A stretch of DNA of 64,000 nt from Eledone cirrhosa. Taxonomy: Eukaryota. The position numbers and the translations under genes were made by a program. The stretch spans positions 48,608,001 to 48,672,000 of the forward strand of contig OZ024742.1 of assembly GCA_964016885.1 (NCBI GenBank), read 5' to 3'. The notes under the pieces are model-generated. The model made no database searches and was not told the origin of the DNA. It worked only from the letters and a program-made list of their open reading frames with translations. This document shows, one piece after another, positions 56,859-64,000 of the stretch; position 1 is the stretch's first letter, and the number at the start of each line of letters is the position of its first letter.

Positions 56859-58685
56859 TCGGATAAAACTGGGAACCTATACTTTGTCAACCCTGACAAA
56901 TACCACACACTGATCAGGAGCAGCCTAAACTCCACCTATAAAAAGGCCAACCACTCTTGTATCGAGGACATAAATCGAGATGGACAACAAATCACCTCCA
57001 GCCTCGGGGTCGCCGACCGCACGGAACCTCTAGACCCACGGACACCATACTTCACACTGAAGGACCATAAATCCGATTTTGACCGTAAACCCTCCATCAG
57101 GCTTATTAACCCAACGAAGTCCGACATAGGGAGAATCAGCAAACAAATCCTAGACCGCGTGATACCAAAAGTCAAGCAACACACCCGACTTAGCCTATGG
57201 ATCAACACCCAGGAAGTAATCTCCTGGTTCAGCAATATGGAGGATAAACGAGAAACTAAATTCATACAGTTCGACATAGAGAGCTACTATGCTTCAATCA
57301 CCTTACCGCTACTTACTGCCGCCTTAGACTTCGCCGAAACACTCGTGCCCATCACCGACCAGGAAAGAAAAATCATCCTCCACGCCAGGAAGACAGTCTT
57401 ACTCTTTGACGACTCTAAATGGATAAAAAGAGCTCCCGACTCACCCTTCGACGTCAGCATGGGCGCCACGGATTCGGCGGAGGTCACTGATCTTATAGGA
57501 TTATTCCTAGTAGCCAAACTCACTGATATGTTTCCTGCATTCGGTGGTGGATTGTACCGTGATGATGGGCTCCTTACCCTTAAAGGGTACAACCCCAGTA
57601 GTACAGATCGGGTCCGGAAAAAATTAATCAGATTCTTCCGCGACTGGGGATTTAAAATAACCCTACAAACGTCCCTGACCCGAGTAAACTTCCTGGACGT
57701 AACCCTCGACCTCGAAAACGACCTGTACTACCCATACAGGAAACCTAATGACAATCTGCACTACATCCACCGCCGATCAAACCATCCTAGGAACATCACA
57801 AACAACCTGGTCAAAAACATCTCCCTCCGCATATCCCGTTTGTCAGCTAATGAGCGGATATTCGATGAACATGCGCCTTATTACAACCAGGCCCTCAAGC
57901 GGAGTGGTTTCCGGGAGGAAATATCCTACTGTCCAGCTCCCATTAGCGGAACCAGCAGGAGACACCGCCGCTCACGCAATGTAACATGGTTCAATCCTCC
58001 CCACAACGCAGAGGTGACTACTCCCATCGGGAAACTATTCTTTAGGCTCTTTGAAAAACACTTCCCATTACAACACCGCTACCACAACATAATTAACAAA
58101 AATACCATCAAACTCTCTTACAGCACTACACCAAACTTCGCACAAAACATCGTCTCCTCTAACAACAAAAAACTCAACCCCGATGGCAGTAATAACCTAA
58201 TTAGCAGTGGAGAACCGACCAGGAGGTGTAACTGCCCGGATAGATCTATTTGCCCACTCGACAATAGATGCAGAGACCGTAATGTGATCTACCAGTGCAA
58301 CGTGAGGACGGATACCTCCAACAAAGCCTATATAGGACTTACCGCATGTGACTTCAAGACCCGGCTATACCAACATAGACATACCTTCCGAAACCCGGCC
58401 CGGCGTCACGCCACTACACTTTCGGGCCACATATGGGACCTCAAGGACAACAACATCACCTATGATCTCACTTGGAGATTACTGTCCAGAGCCAATTCTT
58501 ACACGGGAGGACGCCGTCCGTGCAATTTATGCTCGGAGGAAACTTTACAAATGCTGTTTTCGACGGACCAACTCCTAAACAAGAAAGATGAACTGGTTAC
58601 TGCATGTAAACATAGATTGCGTAGGACTTACCTCGCCCTCAAACCCCATAATGACCCGGGGGGGGGGGGTAGACTAGGGCTATAA
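56859..58685 (+). CDS. PLE RT + GIY-YIG endonuclease, open ~608 aa, N-terminally truncated at the inversion
   Basis: SDKTGNLY, FDIESYYASI, MGATDSAE, GLYRDDGL, FLDVTLDL, TWFNPP, CNCPDRSICPL, YIGLTACDFKTRLYQH, CNLC, CKH. Confidence 0.92.
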   Translation, partial: SDKTGNLYFVNPDKYHTLIRSSLNSTYKKANHSCIEDINRDGQQITSSLGVADRTEPLDPRTPYFTLKDHKSDFDRKPSIRLINPTKSDIGRISKQILDRVIPKVKQHTRLSLWINTQEVISWFSNMEDKRETKFIQFDIESYYASITLPLLTAALDFAETLVPITDQERKIILHARKTVLLFDDSKWIKRAPDSPFDVSMGATDSAEVTDLIGLFLVAKLTDMFPAFGGGLYRDDGLLTLKGYNPSSTDRVRKKLIRFFRDWGFKITLQTSLTRVNFLDVTLDLENDLYYPYRKPNDNLHYIHRRSNHPRNITNNLVKNISLRISRLSANERIFDEHAPYYNQALKRSGFREEISYCPAPISGTSRRHRRSRNVTWFNPPHNAEVTTPIGKLFFRLFEKHFPLQHRYHNIINKNTIKLSYSTTPNFAQNIVSSNNKKLNPDGSNNLISSGEPTRRCNCPDRSICPLDNRCRDRNVIYQCNVRTDTSNKAYIGLTACDFKTRLYQHRHTFRNPARRHATTLSGHIWDLKDNNITYDLTWRLLSRANSYTGGRRPCNLCSEETLQMLFSTDQLLNKKDELVTACKHRLRRTYLALKPHNDPGGGGRLGL

Positions 58686-59774
58686 CACCCCAGTTGCCGA
58701 TTTTGCAATGGGTAACCCCTGCTTGCCAAGGAAGACGTAAGATCTTCTTTGTATTCTTTTATCGCTTCCTTTATTTCCTTCCCCCCTCTCTCCTTTGTCC
58801 TTCTACCCCAGCTCTTCTCCTTTGTCGGCGTCTTTTCTCGCCCACCCGAGGCTGCCCTTTGGCCCCATGTAGCCTTAGTACCCCCCCCCCTCCCCTAGTC
58901 TTTGATAGATTTGGCGGACTCCGCCCTTTATAGCAGTTGGCTTAGACCCCGGATACTTTCCCCCTTTTTCCGACCGCTCCCACTATTCTCTGTGCCCTCT
59001 ATATTTCTTAGTGGCACATGCCTTATTTTTTCGTTTCAGTATTTCTTGCTTCGCTTTTCTTCTGGGCGGGGTGGATTCTGAATTTATTTCTCCGTATTCT
59101 ACCTTTATTTCGTACGAACTTTCATGTAGCTTGTTTTAGATCTTTTAGAGTTAGCATTAGTATATATTTTTCTCGGGACTCAGAATTATTATCTCGTACA
59201 AGTTCACTTTGCTGCACTGGGTCGTTGCTGGCCCGGGATGGAAACCTTTATTGTTTATTTCGTGGTAGTCTCTTTAGTATTTTGGCCCCTTTTGTTGACC
59301 CGTCACCGTATCATTTACGTACTTATACCTCTTAAAAGGGTCCTTGCCTTATCCGTCCCACCTAGTTCTCTTACTTATTTCCTTATTTGTTTATTTATTT
59401 ATTTATTTACTTCTTTCTTTCTTTCTTTATTTTATTCTCGCCTAACAATAGCCTGACACCTAGGTCGTAGAATTTAATTTACTTTACTTTTTTCTTTACA
59501 CTTATTTGCTTTTCTTCACTCTCAGTATTTTTTCTTTCCTATTTCTACCCCCCATTGTTCTACCTACCGTTCCGACTTCCTCCCCCTCCCCCTCCCCTGT
59601 ATCTTCTTTGACCTCATGCCCAGCTGTAGCTGGCACTACCAACGCTTGATTGGGTCTACTCCACCCCCTCCCCTCTTTCTCCTACTGGCAGGTTTAGCCA
59701 CCATCTCCCCTACTAATTTGCAACAACAGAATTACTACTGATTTTTGACAATCACTTTGACCATATATGGAATT

Positions 59775-59868
59775 ACCCCTTGAGAAGATCGGCTATTTAA
59801 ATACCAGGATAAATTTTCATTTAGTCCAGAATTAGCCGTCGAAACGGCTTGAGCTCAGCTGTCGGGGT
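59775..59868 (+). ncRNA. Type I hammerhead ribozyme with U3-A8 core (mirror copy 55443-55536, minus)
   Basis: acccc-TTGAGAA-ga(t)cggcta...tagccgtc-GAAA-cggct tgagctc agctg-TC-ggggt. Confidence 0.8.
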
Positions 59869-59959
59869 CTTACTGGTTCCTATTACCCACTCTACTACCT
59901 CAAGTATTGAGTACTTTGGTGCGTTATGGTCCACCTGGTTCCTTACCACATCTCCTTCG

Positions 59960-60015
<56 letters not shown>

Positions 60016-60021
<6 letters not shown>

Positions 60022-60367
60022 GTGAGGTTTTTTTTACAAAATGAAAAATAACCGAGGTGTCCTACACGAGTGGAAGTATCAAGAAAAAGGGATGAAATCG
60101 AAAATGCAACTGAAGTCTTATTTTTTTTAAAATATATATATTTATTTGGTTCCTTTACCGGTTTCGCAGTTCTTCTGCTTTTCAAAAGGTGAGTTGAGAT
60201 GGAGGGTCGGTGGTTTTTCTCACAGATGTGAGAAAAACCACAGACCCTCCATCTCAACTCACCTTTTGAAAAGCAGAAGAACTGCGAAACCGGTAAAGGA
60301 ACCAAATAAATATATATATTTTAAAAAAAATAAGACTTCAGTTGCATTTTCGATTTCATCCCTTTTT

Positions 60368-60370
<3 letters not shown>
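60016..60370 (-). mobile_element. Miniature fold-back element in (TA)n with a U3-A8 hammerhead in each arm
   Basis: Arms 60081-60224 and 60227-60370, 65-nt tail 60016-60080. Confidence 0.85.
60262..60299 (+). ncRNA. 38-nt minimal type I hammerhead with U3-A8 core
   Basis: cctt-TTGAAAA-gcag aagaa ctgc-GAAA-ccgg-TA-aagg. Further copies in the mirror arm and in both arms of 60452-60903. Confidence 0.8.
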
Positions 60371-60451
<81 letters not shown>

Positions 60452-60455
<4 letters not shown>

Positions 60456-60841
60456 GCGTGTGACTGAGTGGTTATATGTATATATATATATATAAAGAAA
60501 AAGAGATGAAATCGAAAATGCAACTGGAGTCTTATTTTTAAAAAAAATATATATATTTATTTGGTTCCTTTACCGGTTTCGCAGTTCTTCTGCTTTTCAA
60601 AAGTAGAGTTGAGATGGAGGGTTTGTGGTTTTTCTCACATTTGGTTGGTCTCTGAATGTTACTTGTTTTAAAACAAGTAACATTCAGAGACCAACCAGAT
60701 GTGAGAAAAACCACAAACCCTCCATCTCAACTCTACTTTTGAAAAGCAGAAGAACTGCGAAACCGGTAAAGGAACCAAATAAATATATATATTTTTTTTA
60801 AAAATAAGACACTAGTTGCATTTTCGATTTCATCTCTTTTT

Positions 60842-60883
<42 letters not shown>

Positions 60884-60899
60884 CCACTTAGTCACACGC

Positions 60900-60903
<4 letters not shown>
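60452..60903. repeat. Loop-less palindrome of the same family, also duplicating flanking (TA)n and a 22-bp unique tag
   Basis: Centre ttttaaaa at 60669/60670. aaggcgtgtgact(g/a)agtggtta at both outer ends. Confidence 0.92.
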
Positions 60904-60988
<85 letters not shown>

Positions 60989-60992
<4 letters not shown>

Positions 60993-61625
60993 AGTCGTTT
61001 GGAAGCCTCGACAATGCAAATGGGTAAATCTCCGGGTAACAAGGTCCGGTGGTGGAGAGAGAGATGTAAGTGTGTGTACGCTGAGATGCGTGGTGTGTAT
61101 AAGATGTGTGAGATGTGTAGAATGAATGGAAGAGTATAAAGGATAAAATAAAAATAACAACACAAGAGAGAGTTACCTTGGGAGAGATTTAATAGTCCCT
61201 ATATATTTCGGATTCACATCCATCAACTGGGGGTTTTTCCGGGGTGGGGGAAAAGGTTGTCTGTCGGACAAGTCCCGAACGCGTCCTTCGCTGTTTGTTG
61301 TCCGACAAACAACCTTTTCCCCCACCCCGGAAAAAAACCCCACTTGATGGATGTGAATCCGAAATATATAGGAACTATTAAATCTCTCCCAAGGTAACTC
61401 TCTCTTGTGTTGTTATTTTTATTTTATCCTTTATACTCTTCCCTTCATTCTACACATCTCACACATCTTATACATACCACGCATCTCAACGTACACCCAC
61501 TTACATCTCCCTCTCCACCACCAGACCTTGTTACCCGGAGATTTACCCATTTGCATTGTCGAGGCTTCCAAACGACTTAAAGATATTTACTTATTGTTCA
61601 ACAATGCTTCAAGCAAACTTCAATA

Positions 61626-61631
<6 letters not shown>
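60989..61631 (+). mobile_element. Fold-back element in (TA)n (arms 60989-61271 and 61298-61581, 50-nt tail) with a hammerhead-like motif
   Basis: ccc-ca(g/c)ttgat-ggat gtga atcc-GAAA-tata-TA-gg. Same architecture as the neighbouring PLE ends. Confidence 0.75.
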
Positions 61632-61666
<35 letters not shown>

Positions 61667-61946
61667 TTAATAAATATATATTTATATATATAATTATATA
61701 GTTATGTAATAAACAACATAAGGCAATTATTTAATTTACCCGTGGTTTCTTAAAAGCAAACAAATTTTGCTTTCAATCATCAGAAGGAAAACATCCTGGT
61801 GTATTAATTGACGTTGGATTTTAAGAACAAAAATGCAATCTATATGAAAGTGAGGCTGGAAAAGGAAGAAGGAAAGGAAAAATAAAATAAAAACACATAT
61901 GCAAACACACACACACACATATATATGTGTATATATATACATACAC

Positions 61947-64000
61947 ATTGTGAGGAAAAAGTGGCGGAATAGTGTTCTGAACACAGAACCATACAGCTAT
62001 TTCAGTACACTGGGTAGTGACCACCGGCATGTTATGAGTGAGGTCCGGGTGAGCTTAAGAAAGAGCAAGGCTCGGCCCCGGAGAGCAATCTATGACTGGG
62101 GAGCTTTCAAGGAAGAAGATAAGCTCCAGGAGAGGTTCACAGTGGAAGTGAGAAACAGGTTTAGTGCTCTGTGTGGAGTGTCAGAGGAGACAGAGATTGG
62201 ATGGACTGAGGAGAGTGTGACGAAGAGGTACGGGCACTTCACCAATGCAGTGGCGGAAGCAAGTGAAACCCTGGTGCCGAGGAAAAAGAACAAAGGGAAG
62301 CACGTCAGCTCTGCAAACCAAAAAGTGTGTGAAGCCAGAGAACACCTGAAAGCTGCCAAGGACCAATTCTATGCTGATCCTACGGAGGAGAGGATGGAGA
62401 TGTGGAGGTGATGAGGGAAGAACTCTGTGCCGCTTACACTGAGGTCAGAGAGAAGGCACTGATAGAGAAGATCAGAAGTGTGGAGAGAGCGGTTGACAGA
62501 TCTGGATGTAAGGAGAGCTGGATGATCATCAACGAGATCACAGGGAGGAAGAGAAGGTATTCGAGTCAGATCCAGGGAACCGGGCCCGAGGATAGGAAGA
62601 GGAAATGGCTAGACCATTTTAGGACCCTGTTAGGAGAGCCACCCTCCACAGCCCAGATCACTGGGGAGATCAGGCTGCTGTTTGAGGAACTGGATGTTGA
62701 GACAGAGACCTTCACCAGAGAGGATCTACAGAGAGTCAAGAAGAGGATCACGGAGGGCAAGGCTCATGGAGAAGATGGAGTGGCATCAGAGGTGATGAAG
62801 TGGTGTGATTTTGATGATATCATCCTGGGGTTCCGTAACGGGGCACTGGAGAAAGAAGTTGCCCCGAATCAGTGGAGGATCAGTAACATCGTCCCAGTGC
62901 CAAAGAAGGGAGATGTCTCTAACACCAACAACTACAGGGTGATCTCACTGACGTCACTTGTGGCAAAGACCCTCAACATGATGATTCTTAACAGGATCCA
63001 GCCAGAGATGGAGAAGAAGCTCAGGGACAACCAGAACGGCTTCAGAGAGGGTAGATCAACCACCAGTCACATCCTCATGCTGAGGAGGATATTAGAGGGA
63101 GCTAGAGCAAAGTGCCTTCCTGCGGTCATGGCATTCATTGACTTTGGGAAGGCCTTTGGTTCTGTGGACCGTTACTGCCTGATGAAGATCTTATGGAATC
63201 CCCAAGAAGATAGTGGACCTGATATCACTGCTCTAAACCAACACCAAGGCCCAAGTCATTACATCTGATGCGATGACAGAGTTCTTTGAGATACTGGCTG
63301 GAGTGCTCCAGGGAGATACATTGGCTCCCTACCTTTTTATCATCGTAGTGGACTATTGTATGCGCCTGGCACTGGAGAAACACCAGGACTCTGGCTTTAC
63401 TGTGGCACCGGCTCAGATCAGGAGAGTTAGGGCATAAAAAGGTATTGGATGCTGAATTTGCCGACGACATAGTTTTGGTGACAAATACAGTGAAGGAGGC
63501 AGAGGAGTTGATGCGGGAGGTTGAGACTGTGTCGATGAGTGTGGGGCTGGGAATGAATGAGACTAAAACAAAATATCTGGTAGAGAATGTTGAGAAGCCA
63601 GAGGGGATCACTAATGTAGGCGGGAAGCCGCTAGAATTGGTTGAGGGCTTCCTGTATTTGGGAACAAAGATTGGGAATACGGAAGATGATGTGGTTGAGA
63701 GGAAGAGCTAGGCCTGGGCGGCGTGCCACAACTTGAGATCGGTGTGGAAGTCGGACCTTCGTAGAGACCTGAAAATCCGCCTCTTCATTGCTGTAGTGGA
63801 GTCTATGCTGCTGTATGGGCCTGAGACATGGACACTGACCATGAAACTCACTCAGATGGTAGATGGGTGCTACAGGAGAATGCTGAGGATGGCTCTGAAC
63901 ATTAATCAGTATACACTGAGGATGAAAAACTCAGAGCTGTATGGGAGCATCCCAAGAATCAGCTGAAAATTGACACAGAGGAGACTCAGGTTGGCTGGAC
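61947..64000 (+). mobile_element. 5'-truncated RTE-like LINE (APE end + RT), frameshifted, runs off the right edge
   Basis: LGSDHRHV, GKAHGEDG, VPVPKKGD..NYRVISL, QNGFREGRST, FIDFGKAF, GVLQGDTLAPYLF, FADDIVL, FLYLG, LLYGPETWTLT. Confidence 0.9.

Larger units (their letters stand above)
55431..59960 (+). mobile_element. Young 5'-truncated Naiad-type PLE with a 1.43-kb inverted 3' arm, in (TA)n
   Basis: 55431-56860 is the reverse complement of 58446-59880. Unpaired tail about 59883-59960. Confidence 0.96.

Noticed and set aside
55431-59960. DNA transposon with long TIRs
   Set aside because: The inverted arm includes ORF 3' coding sequence and the protein is RT + GIY-YIG, so this is a PLE inversion.
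41313-61631. All palindromes as assembly or amplification chimeras
   Set aside because: Arms show substitutions, asymmetric tails and family-specific termini repeated at independent loci. An artefact is not fully excluded for the youngest ones without raw reads.

Overview
AT-rich animal genomic DNA packed with (TA)n, (CA)n, (GA)n and (TAA)n microsatellites and transposon debris. The SINE content and microsatellite load best fit an octopus-type cephalopod (inference). No host protein-coding gene can be supported. The window is dominated by Penelope-like retroelements (PLEs), mostly Naiad type (RT plus C-terminal GIY-YIG). One is nearly intact (41.3-50.6 kb), one has an open but 5'-truncated ORF (55.4-60.0 kb), and several are decayed. 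Also present: a full-length Tx1/L1-clade LINE, RTE-clade LINEs, two R4/Dong 3' ends, Nin/Deu-domain tRNA SINEs, non-autonomous Helitrons and a mariner relic. The most striking pattern is about 13 fold-back (inverted-repeat) structures from 0.1 to 9 kb, most sitting in (TA)n tracts. Most are PLE 3' ends carrying type I hammerhead ribozymes, two families with the compensatory U3-A8 core. Most have one long arm with a 50-170 nt unpaired tail and one short arm that stops at a family-specific site. A shared GAGT(A/G)C motif lies 42-60 nt from the long-arm/(TA)n junction in several unrelated families. All alignments, folds and counts were done by eye.
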